64,000 nucleotides of DNA, taken from positions 93,288-157,287 of the forward strand of contig JBBDYJ010000006.1 in NCBI GenBank assembly GCA_040901675.1, given 5' to 3'. The notes under the pieces were generated by a model that had not been told where the DNA came from, ran no database searches, and saw only the letters and a list, made by a program, of their open reading frames with translations. Origin of the DNA: Pirellulales bacterium (GTDB taxonomy: Bacteria > Planctomycetota > Planctomycetia > Pirellulales > JAICIG01). The position numbers and the translations under genes are program-made. Positions 10,182-20,067 of the stretch are shown here, in pieces; within the stretch, counting starts at the first letter, position 1, and every line of letters begins with the position of its first letter.

Positions 10182-11108
10182 TCATTCGCCGGGGGGCTCG
10201 TACTCGAAGTCCTTCCACTTCATGGGGCGGCGGAACGGCTCGATGCGGAGCACGACTTCGCCGTTCTGAAAGATCCGCACGGTACCGTTGGATTCGCTGA
10301 CCGCCACCGCCACCGCCTTGGTGGCCCGGCTGATCGCGGCGGCGGCCCAATGCCGGGCGCCCAGCCCCTTGGAAAGCGTGATGTTGGCGGCCGAAGCATC
10401 GAGGTACTGGGCGGCGGCCTCGACCGTGCCATCCGGCGCGACGATGATGGCGCCATCCATTTGGGCGATTTCCTTGATTCCTTCCCGCACGCGGGCCGAC
10501 TTCAGGTTCCGCTCCTTGCGGCTATAACCCTTGACCGGATCAAAGCTGGCCGAGCGGCTCATCTTGCGGACCTTCTGGGTGTCGCCGACGACGAACATCG
10601 TGCCCACCGGCTTGCCCTCGCGCCCCTCGCGGCCGATTTCCAGGGCCAGGTTCACGACCGTCTGCAACGTATCGAGCGGGACCCGCGTTTCAAGCTGCTG
10701 CAGGTCGCGCACGGTCAGCCTGCCCAGGTGGTCGCCCAGGTCGATGACGCTGATCGAGTCGATGGTGCGGGCCTCAAAGCCGCTGTAGAGGGCGACGACC
10801 CGGGCTCCCGGCACCAGGATTTCGTCGGCCACGGCCTCGAGCAAGGCCTGCGACAGCTTGTCGTAGACCGGGCTCTCCGGCATGTCGAGCACCACGATGG
10901 CCAGACCGGCCTCGCTGGCTCCGGCGAGTTGCTCCGGAGCGTCGGCGGCGACTAGAACCCGCTGGCCGGCGGCGTGCTGTTTCAACTGCTGCCACTCGGT
11001 GGGCCCGTCCAAGAGCAGCAACAGTGCATTGGCGGCCGACGACTTGGCCAGGCGGACGGCCGCATCGTACACGGTCTCGAATTCGTCGTTGAATTTCAGC
11101 GGCTGCAT
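10182..11108 (-). CDS. Diadenylate cyclase (DisA_N/DAC domain, DacZ-like architecture)
   Basis: EIGREGREGKPVGTMFVVGD, catalytic DGA, GLGARHWAAAAIS and AVSESNGTVRIF. Soluble N-terminal alpha/beta domain. Confidence 0.88.
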   Translation of the reverse strand: MQPLKFNDEFETVYDAAVRLAKSSAANALLLLLDGPTEWQQLKQHAAGQRVLVAADAPEQLAGASEAGLAIVVLDMPESPVYDKLSQALLEAVADEILVPGARVVALYSGFEARTIDSISVIDLGDHLGRLTVRDLQQLETRVPLDTLQTVVNLALEIGREGREGKPVGTMFVVGDTQKVRKMSRSASFDPVKGYSRKERNLKSARVREGIKEIAQMDGAIIVAPDGTVEAAAQYLDASAANITLSKGLGARHWAAAAISRATKAVAVAVSESNGTVRIFQNGEVVLRIEPFRRPMKWKDFEYEPPGE

Positions 11109-11253
11109 AAGAAAGCCACTCGCGGAGCGAGTGGACCACATTCCCTACCGGCCCGGTGGTTTCCGGATTCAAAGGTCGGGACGATGGTATGGGGACCCCC
11201 GCGACGGAGTGGCAATATACTAGCCCGAAGCAGTAAGGACCATACGTCGAACG

Positions 11254-11435
11254 AGGAAGGAGGAATAGGAAGGTGGAAGGTGGAAGGTGGAAGGAGGAAT
11301 AAGCGACCGCTGCCTTGTGCTGGCCAGACGGCACATGGAGTGTGCCCGCTATCTAATACGATCTAATACGCCGGCCTCGGGAGCACCAAGCTTCGGTCAA
11401 CGACTCCTCCTTCCTCCTTCCACCTTCCTCCCTTC
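11254..11435. repeat. Complementary heptamer tracts (GGAAGGT/GGAAGGA)n and (CCTTCCA/CCTTCCT)n flanking a REP-like hairpin (ggcacatggagtgtgcc)
   Basis: Purine tract at 11254-11298, pyrimidine tract at 11403-11435. The central hairpin is related to the one at 30634. Confidence 0.7.
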
Positions 11436-12770
11436 CTAGGGGAGGCGCAGCTCGGGCAACAGGAGGGGCGCGTCGTCGTCGCTGTCGGGCGCCGGTTCTT
11501 CGGATTCTTCGGATTCTTCGTCGATGGCCTCGTCGTCCGGCGCCGCTTCGGCGGAGGCTGCGGATTTTCGAGGTTTGGCGGCCACCTTGGCCGGCGGCCG
11601 GCGGCCTTTCGAGACGTCGTCGGGGACCGGCTCGCCGGTTGTTTCGTCGTCGGCCAGCTCCTGGGGCAGCGACGACTCGCTCTCTTTGAAAACCCGCTCG
11701 TCATAAAGCGCCAGGGCGTGCAAGCCGTGGCCCAGCGGTCCGATATCCCAGGTCTTCTGCCGGTTCTGCCAAAGAATAGTAGTCAGGTAATCGACCGCCC
11801 GGACGACGCGGCGATCGCCGAGCATCTCCGGCGGCAGGGAATAGACCATCCATTCCAGGATGTGGCCGGTGGTCTGCAAACGGCGGTCGAGATCGGGGCG
11901 GTCCCCGCGGCGGGCGAACCACTCGGTGCTGAACGAGCCGTCCGGGTTCTGCAGCCCAAAGGTGTATCGATGGTAATCGTCCAGATACCTCTGGGCCCGC
12001 AGGTACTCGCCGTCGATCGGTTCGTCCCTTTTCTGGCGCGTGCGGACCGCATAGCTCAAGCCCATCAGCCGGTGGGTGCCCCCGCAGGCCGCCCCGCGAA
12101 TCGGGGCCTGCAGCTCTTCGCGGATCAAGCGGGGGATCGACCACTCCTGTCCGGCGTCGTTCAGCCAGGTGGCGTCGGAGTCGAGGTAGTGCGAGAGGGC
12201 CAGCAACTTGAAAGTCAGCTCCATGCCGACATCGCAGCCCAGCTTCTCGGACTCGATCAGGTCGGCGATGGTGAAGGCCCTGCCGCCCGACTGCATCGAG
12301 TAGTCGGTCATCACCTTGGATTGGGCCAGGATCGCCAGGAACTGCCCGTGGTGCCCCTGCACCTGCGGGCCCTTGGCCGCCGTGATGCGGCCTCGCTCGA
12401 TCGAGATCAGCGGTCGGTCGCGGCAAGCGCCTGAATAGCACAGCCAACCAATGGCATTCACGGGCCGGCCGCCCGGCCCGCCCCGCAGCAACTCCGCCTC
12501 GACACCGTAGGCGATGATCCAGTGCATCACCTCCCAACAATTGTGGTCGCGATTGTTGACCGGCTTGGTGTAATAGTAGGCCAGCGTGGTACGGATCCGG
12601 CCGCGGAGGCGGTTTTCCGGCGATTCGGGACTCAGGACCCTGGCTCCCGGCAATGGCGGCGCGGCGTCGATCAACGAAGCGGCCGTCTGGCCGCTCGCCG
12701 GCTGCGGCCGGGCCAGGGCACAAACGAGCAGTCCCAGCATCATCCGTCGCGAGAAGTTGATATCCAGCAT
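11436..12770 (-). CDS. Secreted hypothetical protein (planctomycete alpha-helical/prenyltransferase-like repeat protein)
   Basis: SRR-containing signal peptide, conserved-looking QGHHGQFLAILAQ, GAACGGTHRLMGL and QNPDGSFSTEWF, and an acidic tail. Confidence 0.75.
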   Translation of the reverse strand: MLDINFSRRMMLGLLVCALARPQPASGQTAASLIDAAPPLPGARVLSPESPENRLRGRIRTTLAYYYTKPVNNRDHNCWEVMHWIIAYGVEAELLRGGPGGRPVNAIGWLCYSGACRDRPLISIERGRITAAKGPQVQGHHGQFLAILAQSKVMTDYSMQSGGRAFTIADLIESEKLGCDVGMELTFKLLALSHYLDSDATWLNDAGQEWSIPRLIREELQAPIRGAACGGTHRLMGLSYAVRTRQKRDEPIDGEYLRAQRYLDDYHRYTFGLQNPDGSFSTEWFARRGDRPDLDRRLQTTGHILEWMVYSLPPEMLGDRRVVRAVDYLTTILWQNRQKTWDIGPLGHGLHALALYDERVFKESESSLPQELADDETTGEPVPDDVSKGRRPPAKVAAKPRKSAASAEAAPDDEAIDEESEESEEPAPDSDDDAPLLLPELRLP

Positions 12771-13039
12771 GATGTTAATCTTGAGGGGTTGGCCGGGCCG
12801 TTCTATGTTCGCCAGCGGCTGGGTGCCTGTCGAGGGCCTCCACGTCGAATGAGCGGCAAGGTAGCACTGATATCGGTATTTGCGGCACGCTGAATCCAAG
12901 ATCCCGCCCGGAGTTTGCAGTTGCTGGCAGCGCGCAAGCGGGACAGGCGGGGGCTCCAATACTAGCATGGCAGCGGTGCTGGAATCCACCCCGCAGCCAC
13001 GCTTTGCGCCGTGCGGGCAACGGCCCAGCCGCGGGCCCA

Positions 13040-14011
13040 CTACTGGGCTGGCACGAGCGTCTCGTCAGAGGAATCGGAGGGGGCTGTTTGGCCCTCCGGC
13101 ACCGGCTGCGGATCCTCCGTGATTTCTTCGAGGCATCGCACCTGGTTGCGGCCTCCCTTCTTCGAGGCATAGAGACCCTCGTCGGCCCGTTCGATGATCG
13201 ATTCGGGGGTATCGCCGGGGCGAGCCGATGACACTCCTAAGCTAACCGTAATGGCGGTCTGCTCGCTGCTGGTGGCCACGCCGAAATTGGTGCGGGTCGC
13301 CGCCAGGTGGAGCCTTTGGGCCACCTTGAGACCCGTGTCCAGGGACGTTTTGGGCAGCAGGGCCGCAAACTCGTCACCGCCGTAACGGCCCACAAAGTCG
13401 CCTTGGCGGACGACGCTTTTCAGCAGGCTGCCCAACTGCTGCAGGACGCGGTCGCCGGCCTGGTGGCCATAGGTGTCGTTGATCCACTTGAAGTGGTCCA
13501 TATCGGCCAGGATGAGGACAAAGGGCTCTCCTTCGCGCTTGTGATAGCCCAACAGCAACTGCAGCTTGTCGTCGAATGCCTTGCGGTTGGCCACACCCGA
13601 TAGCGAGTCGGTATGGGCTTCGCGGCGGGTGCGATCGAGTTCTTCGGCCTGTTCTTCCATGCGGCAGCGGGCAAAGCCGAGGTCTTCCTCCAGCTTCTGG
13701 TTGGACTCGAGCACGGCGATCACCTGGCCGAGCAGGACCTGGCGGACCTGTTCCAACTCGCCGGAGGCCTTGATGTCGCCCACGTGCCGGTGCACCTCGC
13801 GCATCTCGGTGTTGCGCGAGTCGACATCGGTGGTCAGCGCTTGCACCGAACTGAGCAGGTCGACCAGGGCTGTCAACGCGGCCCTGCGATCCTGTTGCCC
13901 CAGCTTCTCTTTTTCGGCGTGACTCGTGTGACGGCCGATGTAAAAGCCGGCAATCAAGCTGGCAACGACGCTCGCCAGCACCCAGATTGCAATGTGCGTG
14001 AATGCGTTCAC
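13040..14011 (-). CDS. Diguanylate cyclase (GGDEF) with N-terminal TM and coiled coil
   Basis: DSLSGVANRKAF, DMDHFKWINDTYGHQAGD, GRYGGDEF and RADEGLYASK. Confidence 0.95.
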   Translation of the reverse strand: MNAFTHIAIWVLASVVASLIAGFYIGRHTSHAEKEKLGQQDRRAALTALVDLLSSVQALTTDVDSRNTEMREVHRHVGDIKASGELEQVRQVLLGQVIAVLESNQKLEEDLGFARCRMEEQAEELDRTRREAHTDSLSGVANRKAFDDKLQLLLGYHKREGEPFVLILADMDHFKWINDTYGHQAGDRVLQQLGSLLKSVVRQGDFVGRYGGDEFAALLPKTSLDTGLKVAQRLHLAATRTNFGVATSSEQTAITVSLGVSSARPGDTPESIIERADEGLYASKKGGRNQVRCLEEITEDPQPVPEGQTAPSDSSDETLVPAQ

Positions 14012-14094
14012 GGACCTCTACCCCCCCCCTGCCAGAACCGCTCAAAAAACTATAGGACACAAAAAAAGCGGCTCTCGCCAAGCAGACCGCATAA

Positions 14095-14793
14095 TCAGAA
14101 CCATTGGCGCAACCGAGCAGCGAAAGAAGGAGTCTCTGGCCGCTCGCCTTGAACGTACTGCCGCCATGCGTTCACGTCGTTGCCGAAGTTCTCGCCCGTG
14201 ACCCGCTTCAACGATTGGACGGCCCGATACTGCAAAGCCGGATCCTCGTCTTCCAGGACCGGGGCCAGCGCCGCCACGGCTTGGGGATCGTTCAGGTCGC
14301 CGAGGGCCCGGGCAGCCGCCAGCCGCACGTCGTTGTCGGCATCGCAGCGGACCGCTTCGGCCAGGACGTCGAGCGCCTGCGGCCCTCCCCGGCGAGCCCA
14401 GGCGTCGCAGCACGCCACCCGCACGTCCGGATCGGGGTCGTGCATGGCGGCCCGCATCGGCGGCTCCGCGGCGGGCGCGTCAAGAACGGCCAGCGTCCGT
14501 AGAATGTGTCCGCGAACGAGTGGTTCCGGCTCGCTTGCCAGTTTCTGGGACAACCCGGCGGCCAACCTTTGCTGCTCATCGGGCGGCATGCCGTCGATCC
14601 GTTTGGCCGATTCGCCGAGTGCTTTGATCCGATCGGCGGCCGTCTCGATGCGCGGCCCGCTGGGTTGGGGTTTTCCGAACAGCGCCAAGCCCGGCGGCCC
14701 GCTGCGGCTGCCCGATCCAGCGCAACCGGCCAGCGCCAGCGCAGCCAGGCAAGCCAATAAAACCAGCGATGAGTGTGCTCTTGTGCCGCGCAT
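14095..14793 (-). CDS. HEAT-repeat lipoprotein
   Basis: Lipobox LAGC, repeats DPDPDVRVA / DADNDVRLAAARALG / DEDPALQYRA. Confidence 0.85.
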   Translation of the reverse strand: MRGTRAHSSLVLLACLAALALAGCAGSGSRSGPPGLALFGKPQPSGPRIETAADRIKALGESAKRIDGMPPDEQQRLAAGLSQKLASEPEPLVRGHILRTLAVLDAPAAEPPMRAAMHDPDPDVRVACCDAWARRGGPQALDVLAEAVRCDADNDVRLAAARALGDLNDPQAVAALAPVLEDEDPALQYRAVQSLKRVTGENFGNDVNAWRQYVQGERPETPSFAARLRQWF

Positions 14794-15040
14794 TGAGTCC
14801 GGTACGGTGCCCAACGGCACACTGCTGTTTTTGCCGGGACCGCGGGTTGTCCCTGCCTGTTCCAAGGCCGGGAGAACGGCCCGGAACCTGCGAGGCGGGA
14901 CTATAGCAAGGGGCCGTACTGAAGCCAAGATGAGTCGGCTGCTGGTTGCCGCTGGGCTTCAAGCGGATAGACTCCTGGTGGCCCGTTGGGTTGTGCTTGG
15001 CTAGGTTGGGCGGTTCGTGAGAGTGGGTGAATCGCGTCGA

Positions 15041-16636
15041 ATGCATAAAACGGCACGAATGGTGCCGCTGGGCGCTGCTTTAGCGATTCTGGTTGTGCTG
15101 CTGGTAACCGCGGCCGACCAGCGCACCTTGCGGCTGGCGGCCAACACACTGTGGTTGTGCGGCCTGGTGGTCGCCATCAGCGTCCCGCTGGGCACGGCCC
15201 TGGCAGTCATGCTGGCCCGCACCGACCTGCCGGGCCGGCGGGGATTGGCTGTTTTGCTGGCGGGTTTGCTGCTGCTGCCGCTCTACTTGCAGACGGCGGC
15301 CTGGCAAGCCGGCTTCGGCACGATGGGCTGGTTCAGCCTGACGTTTTCGGCGCCCGTGCTGCTGGAAGGCTGGCCCGGCGCCGTCTGGGTGCACGCCGTG
15401 GCCGGGCTTCCCTGGGTGACGTTGATCGTCTCGGCCGGGCTGATCTACATTCCGCGCGAACTGGAAGAGGCCGCCTTGATGGACGGCAGCCCAGGCCAGG
15501 TACTGCGCCGGGTGACACTGCGGCGAGCGTGGGCAGCCGTGGGCGTGGCGGCCTTGTGGGTGGCAGTGAGCACCGCAAGCGAGATAACAGTCACCGACCT
15601 GTTTCAGGTACGCACCTATGCCGAGGAGCTGTACGTGGAGTTTGCCATCGGGGGCGAACCGGGACAGCCGCCGCTGGGCGCGATTGGAAGCACGGCAGTC
15701 GTTGCCCTGTTGGTGGTGGCCGCGCTGGCACTTGCCGCCGGCATGGGACCCTTGGTGCGGCACGCCACGCAGCAGTCCGCCTTGGGCGGACTGGTATTCG
15801 GCTTGGGCCGCTGGCGCTGGCCGGCCGCCCTGGTTGTGGCGCTGGTCGTACTGGCGGTGGTGGGCGTGCCGCTGGCCAGCCTGGCCTGGAAAGCGGGGGT
15901 GGAGGTGCGGCAAAGCGGTCTCGAGCGGACGCGCGAGTGGTCGCTGGCAAAATGCCTCTCGATCGTGGCCACCAGCCCGCTGCGTTACCAGCGGCCCTTG
16001 TTCTGGTCGGCCATTCTCGGTTGCCTGGCGGCGAGCACGGCCGTGGTGGCGGCAGTGGGCCTGGCGTGGGCCGGCCGGCGGCAGGGCCTGCGGGCGCTGC
16101 CCGCGCTGGTGCTGGCGGCACTGTCGCTGGCGGTGCCCGGACCGCTGGTAGGCCTGGGGCTGATATGGGTCTTGAACAGCCCGGATCTCGATTGGACCGC
16201 CTGGCTGTACGACCGCTCGATCGCAGCTCCCTGGGCCGCCTTGACGGTGCGGGCCTTTCCGCCCGCGCTGTTGATCGTCTGGCAGGCATTGGCCAGCGTG
16301 CCGGACGACCAGGTCGATAGCGCGGCGCTCGAAGGGGCCGGTCGGATGGGCATCGTGCGGCGGGTGGTCTTGCCGCAGCGGCTGGCCGCCTTGGGGGTCG
16401 CCTGGTTGATTGCGCTGGCCGTCGCCCTGGGGGAATTGGGAGCCAGCATTCTTGTCGTGCCGCCGGGCGTGGTGACGCTGTCGATCGAGGTCTTCAACTT
16501 GCTGCACGGGGGTTACGAGGACGAGGTGGCCGGGATTTGCCTGGCCGTCTTCGCGGGCTGCCAGCTCATGGCGTGTATCGTGGTATGGCTGGCGGTCAGG
16601 GCGGCGGCCAGGCGGGCCGAACGGTTTAGCGGTTGA
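15041..16636 (+). CDS. ABC transporter permease (FbpB/ThiP-like, duplicated domain)
   Basis: Multiple TM helices with two EAA loops (ELEEAALMDG and DSAALEGAG). Confidence 0.88.
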   Translation: MHKTARMVPLGAALAILVVLLVTAADQRTLRLAANTLWLCGLVVAISVPLGTALAVMLARTDLPGRRGLAVLLAGLLLLPLYLQTAAWQAGFGTMGWFSLTFSAPVLLEGWPGAVWVHAVAGLPWVTLIVSAGLIYIPRELEEAALMDGSPGQVLRRVTLRRAWAAVGVAALWVAVSTASEITVTDLFQVRTYAEELYVEFAIGGEPGQPPLGAIGSTAVVALLVVAALALAAGMGPLVRHATQQSALGGLVFGLGRWRWPAALVVALVVLAVVGVPLASLAWKAGVEVRQSGLERTREWSLAKCLSIVATSPLRYQRPLFWSAILGCLAASTAVVAAVGLAWAGRRQGLRALPALVLAALSLAVPGPLVGLGLIWVLNSPDLDWTAWLYDRSIAAPWAALTVRAFPPALLIVWQALASVPDDQVDSAALEGAGRMGIVRRVVLPQRLAALGVAWLIALAVALGELGASILVVPPGVVTLSIEVFNLLHGGYEDEVAGICLAVFAGCQLMACIVVWLAVRAAARRAERFSG

Positions 16637-16789
16637 CTCCGCGTGAAGCGGGTCATAGACTCCGCCGCCCTTGACCGCGCGGATTTATCTCGACGGGCGC
16701 CGGCGGTCTGCTAGGGTAGAAGGAAAGGCAGCTTTTTTTCGCGCGGGCGGAACCTGGCTGTTCAAGATCGTTTTCGCGACGAGGCAGGC

Positions 16790-17968
16790 GTGCGGCGCGC
16801 CCGGTTCGGTACTCTGTTGAAGCACCCTCGATTCATCCTTTCGATGCTGCTTGCGCCGGTGCTGGCCGCGGTGACGCCGGCCGGCGCCGTGGAGCGGGTG
16901 ATTCTGCGCCGGGACGGCCGGGAGCAGGAGATCACCGGTCAACTGCTGGTGACGGCCCAGGACAAGGGGATGCTGATCCTGGCTCCGGATGCCACGTTGT
17001 GGACGGTCGAGCCGGACGAATTGATCGAGCACGAATCGGTGGAGGCGGCCTTTCAGCCGCTGAGCGCGGCGGAAATGGCCGAGCGGTTGCTCGCCGAACT
17101 GCCGGCGGGATTTGAGATCCACACCACGCAGCGCTACCTGATCTGCCATAACACGTCGCGGGCGTACGCCCAATGGTGCGGGGCGCTGTTCGAACGGTTG
17201 TACTTTGCCTTCAGCAATTACTGGAGGCGTAAAGGCTTTGACATCTCGGAGCCGCAATTCCCCCTGGTGGCCCTGGTGTTCGCCGATCGCCAGTCGTATG
17301 CCGGTTATGCCCGCGGCGAGCTGGGCGAGTCGACCGACGCGATCATCGGCTACTACAGCCTGCGCTCGAACCGGATGACGATGTACGATCTGACGGGCAT
17401 CGCGTCGTTGCGGCGGCCGGGGGACCGGCGATCATCGGCTGCACAGATCAACGCGATGCTGGCCCGCCCCGAGGCGGAGCGGACCGTGGCCACGATCATT
17501 CACGAAGCGACGCACCAGATCGCCTTCAATTGCGGGCTGCAGACCCGCTACGCCGACATTCCCTTGTGGGTCAGCGAGGGGATCGCCGTTTTTTTCGAAA
17601 CGCCCGACCTGGGCAGCTCGAAGGGCTGGCGGACCGTCGGCGCGGTGAACCGTGTGCGCCTGGCCGCGTTTCGCAATTATCTGCGGCGCCGGCCGGCCGA
17701 CTCGCTGGCCACGCTGATCGCCGACGACAAGCGGCTGCGCGACGCGCGCCAAGCGAACGACGCCTATGCCGAGGCCTGGGCGCTGAACTATTTTCTGCTT
17801 CGCAAGCGCCCCCAGGAGTACGTGGCCTACCTGACGGTGCTGTCCGAAAAGCGGCAACTCGTCTGGGACGATCCGGCCGCGCGGCTGGCCGAGTTCAGGC
17901 GGGCCTTCGGCCAAGACCTCGAGCGTCTGGACCAGGACTTCTTGCGGCACATGAGCGGGGTGCGGTGA
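16790..17968 (+). CDS. DUF1570 domain secreted zincin-like protein
   Basis: Signal peptide, HEATHQ (HExxH), PLWVSEGIAVFFE and YAEAWALNYFL. Confidence 0.88.
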   Translation: MRRARFGTLLKHPRFILSMLLAPVLAAVTPAGAVERVILRRDGREQEITGQLLVTAQDKGMLILAPDATLWTVEPDELIEHESVEAAFQPLSAAEMAERLLAELPAGFEIHTTQRYLICHNTSRAYAQWCGALFERLYFAFSNYWRRKGFDISEPQFPLVALVFADRQSYAGYARGELGESTDAIIGYYSLRSNRMTMYDLTGIASLRRPGDRRSSAAQINAMLARPEAERTVATIIHEATHQIAFNCGLQTRYADIPLWVSEGIAVFFETPDLGSSKGWRTVGAVNRVRLAAFRNYLRRRPADSLATLIADDKRLRDARQANDAYAEAWALNYFLLRKRPQEYVAYLTVLSEKRQLVWDDPAARLAEFRRAFGQDLERLDQDFLRHMSGVR

Positions 17969-18124
17969 GAGGTCAGATGTCAGAGGTCAGAAATCAGAAG
18001 TGTGGCGACTTCAGCTACCAACAGGGGAGGGGCGCAGCACTCTTGACTGACGCCGGCTATCCGCCGGCCGCCCGAGACGGATCAACGCGTGGCACGTCGT
18101 CCCGGCGATTGTGCTTCGCCTCGA

Positions 18125-18766
18125 TCACAATTCGATTACAGCGGCGACAATCTTGTAGCAGAGCTCGGGCTTCGACCCGTCGCGAGGAGCCCACGGTTTC
18201 GCCAGGCTGACCGTTAGAAGGCTCTGGCTGCTCACCGGGTCGCCGCCTTCCAACCGCCGCGTGGTCGTTGCCTCCGTGATCTTCAGGTAATATTCGTTCC
18301 CCGCGGAGTCCTGAAATCTTGCACGCCAGCGGTGTTGATCCCAGTGGTCGTGCTCAAACTTGAGCCTTCGTGGCTTGATCAGCCGAAGGGATGCCCACTG
18401 CTCCGGTGGAAGTCTGTCAAGAACGCGGGGTGACACGCGGTCGTTCCTGCTGTGCAAGATAGGCGAGGTATCGTCACAATAGTCGCGCAGGTTGGCCGAG
18501 CGGAGTCGCCCGACGATGGACCAGTCCCAATTCTTGATAATTCGATTCTCGCGTTGAAAACGTGGCGTCTCTTTCGGCCGCGCGAGATCGACTTCGAATA
18601 TATCAAGCGGCGCCAGCAACCTGTCGCCGATAATGCACCTGCCGGTTGGGACGGCGTCAAGATCGCGCGGCACCGGTCGAATCCATTCTCCGGAGTCCAA
18701 GTCGATCCCCGCGATACATTGCCCGCCGGGCCTCTCCGAATTCGCCAGACAGACGAGGCGAGCCAT
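18125..18766 (-). CDS. Dual OB-fold domain protein
   Basis: LVCLANS...GGQCIAGID..SGEWIRPV, then YYLKITE and LLTVSLAKPW...CYKIVAAVI, the signature of dual-OB proteins found beside DUF488 genes. Confidence 0.8.
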   Translation of the reverse strand: MARLVCLANSERPGGQCIAGIDLDSGEWIRPVPRDLDAVPTGRCIIGDRLLAPLDIFEVDLARPKETPRFQRENRIIKNWDWSIVGRLRSANLRDYCDDTSPILHSRNDRVSPRVLDRLPPEQWASLRLIKPRRLKFEHDHWDQHRWRARFQDSAGNEYYLKITEATTTRRLEGGDPVSSQSLLTVSLAKPWAPRDGSKPELCYKIVAAVIEL

Positions 18767-18781
18767 GCGAGCCTCTTCACC

Positions 18782-19252
18782 TTAGAGATGCTGGACGTCT
18801 ACATTGCCCCAATGCGCTTTGAGATACTCGGCAACCAGGCGTCGATGGCAGTGTTCGGGCGTCGGCTCGCTGCACAGCAGGCAAGCGTGGTCGAGCTCAT
18901 CGGGACTCAGTTGCTTATCAGGCTGGCGTGACTCCATGAGTTGGCCGAAACACCGCTCGTATTCGTCCCAGGCAATCCGCTTCTTTTTATACCCGTCGAG
19001 GATGTCCTTCGTGGGAGCCAATTGCACATCATGGACATAGTCGATGTCCGCGATCGCACGCAGGAAATACTCAAGGTCGCGTTTCTTTGCGAAGCCGGCG
19101 AGTTGCGAGACGTTATTCAGCCGAGTATCGACGAGGCGTCGGACGCCGGCGCGACGGAGCTTCTCAAAGAATTCCTTGGCTGATTTTCCCGTGAAGCCGA
19201 TAGTAAACAAAGTGATCGTCTTCTTCCCCTCGACGGTTGCCGTCTCGTTCAC
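18782..19252 (-). CDS. DUF488 domain protein
   Basis: LFTIGFTGKSAKEFF, LVDTRLNNVSQLAGFAK and CLLCSEPTPEHCHRRLVAE. Confidence 0.92.
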   Translation of the reverse strand: MNETATVEGKKTITLFTIGFTGKSAKEFFEKLRRAGVRRLVDTRLNNVSQLAGFAKKRDLEYFLRAIADIDYVHDVQLAPTKDILDGYKKKRIAWDEYERCFGQLMESRQPDKQLSPDELDHACLLCSEPTPEHCHRRLVAEYLKAHWGNVDVQHL

Positions 19253-19863
19253 TGAGGCACTCCTTCCTCGTTGCTGCGGTAGGCGATCTGCTGGGCACGC
19301 TTGTCGTAGGCTTGTTGAACCAGTTGCTCATCGTCCAGGTCCGGCTCAAACAGACTGCGGAAAACGTTCATCTGACGAACCAGACGTTTCTCGGTCTCGG
19401 CGTGGTCTTCGGCCGTGCCGTCGGCCAGTACGTGCATGATTTGACACTCGTCCCGCAGTTCTCGGCAAATCAGGATTGTCCGATGGCAATCAAGCGGGTC
19501 TTTCTCGGAGCACATCAGGGCGATTCGAAACTGCGCGATGCCCCGGCGCAGGCGGGCAAGGCCTTCCTGGAACTTTGGCAGTGCGGCTATTCGGTGATAA
19601 ACGGCCCGGTCCCCCTCATAGCATTCAGCTTCGATTCGCCGCGCTCCCAGTTCTTCCCCAAGAAAAACGTACCGGACGCCGGCAGCTTCCAGCGCGGGGG
19701 CGAGCTGCTCGCGGTTGAATTGTTCCAATCGTCGGCTATAAGGATGAGAACGCACATCAGCGAGAACGTTCACGCCGTGCTGCCTTAATAAGCCAAGGAA
19801 GGCGTCGAACGAATGCGTCGTGTGGCCAATCGTTACAAGTATGGGTCGCGTGGGATTCATCAT
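19249..19863 (-). CDS. DUF488 domain protein
   Basis: TIGHTTHS, DVRSHPYSR, YVFLGEELGAR and ALMCSEKDPLDCHRTILI. 4-nt overlap with the next gene. Confidence 0.92.
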   Translation of the reverse strand: MMNPTRPILVTIGHTTHSFDAFLGLLRQHGVNVLADVRSHPYSRRLEQFNREQLAPALEAAGVRYVFLGEELGARRIEAECYEGDRAVYHRIAALPKFQEGLARLRRGIAQFRIALMCSEKDPLDCHRTILICRELRDECQIMHVLADGTAEDHAETEKRLVRQMNVFRSLFEPDLDDEQLVQQAYDKRAQQIAYRSNEEGVPQ

Positions 19864-19869
19864 GGCAGT

Positions 19870-19882
19870 ATTCTATATTCTA
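19870..19882 (-). promoter_or_regulatory. Putative -10 element(s) TAGAAT for a leaderless DUF488 operon transcript
   Basis: Tandem TAGAAT-A-TAGAAT, with the proximal copy 6 nt upstream of ATG 19863 and no SD. Confidence 0.45.
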
Positions 19883-20067
19883 GCTGGGCCGTGTGGCCGG
19901 CACCCCATGGAGGGACGTACGCACCTGGAGCCGCGTCCGGAAACTGGTGAACGGCTGCGAACGCGGCGTCGCCGACCTGCAGGAGCTGAAGAATGTCGAT
20001 GGCGGGCTGCGGCGCTTGGATTGCGTCCGATTGACGAAGCCATCAGGCATAGGATACGCGAAAGCTG

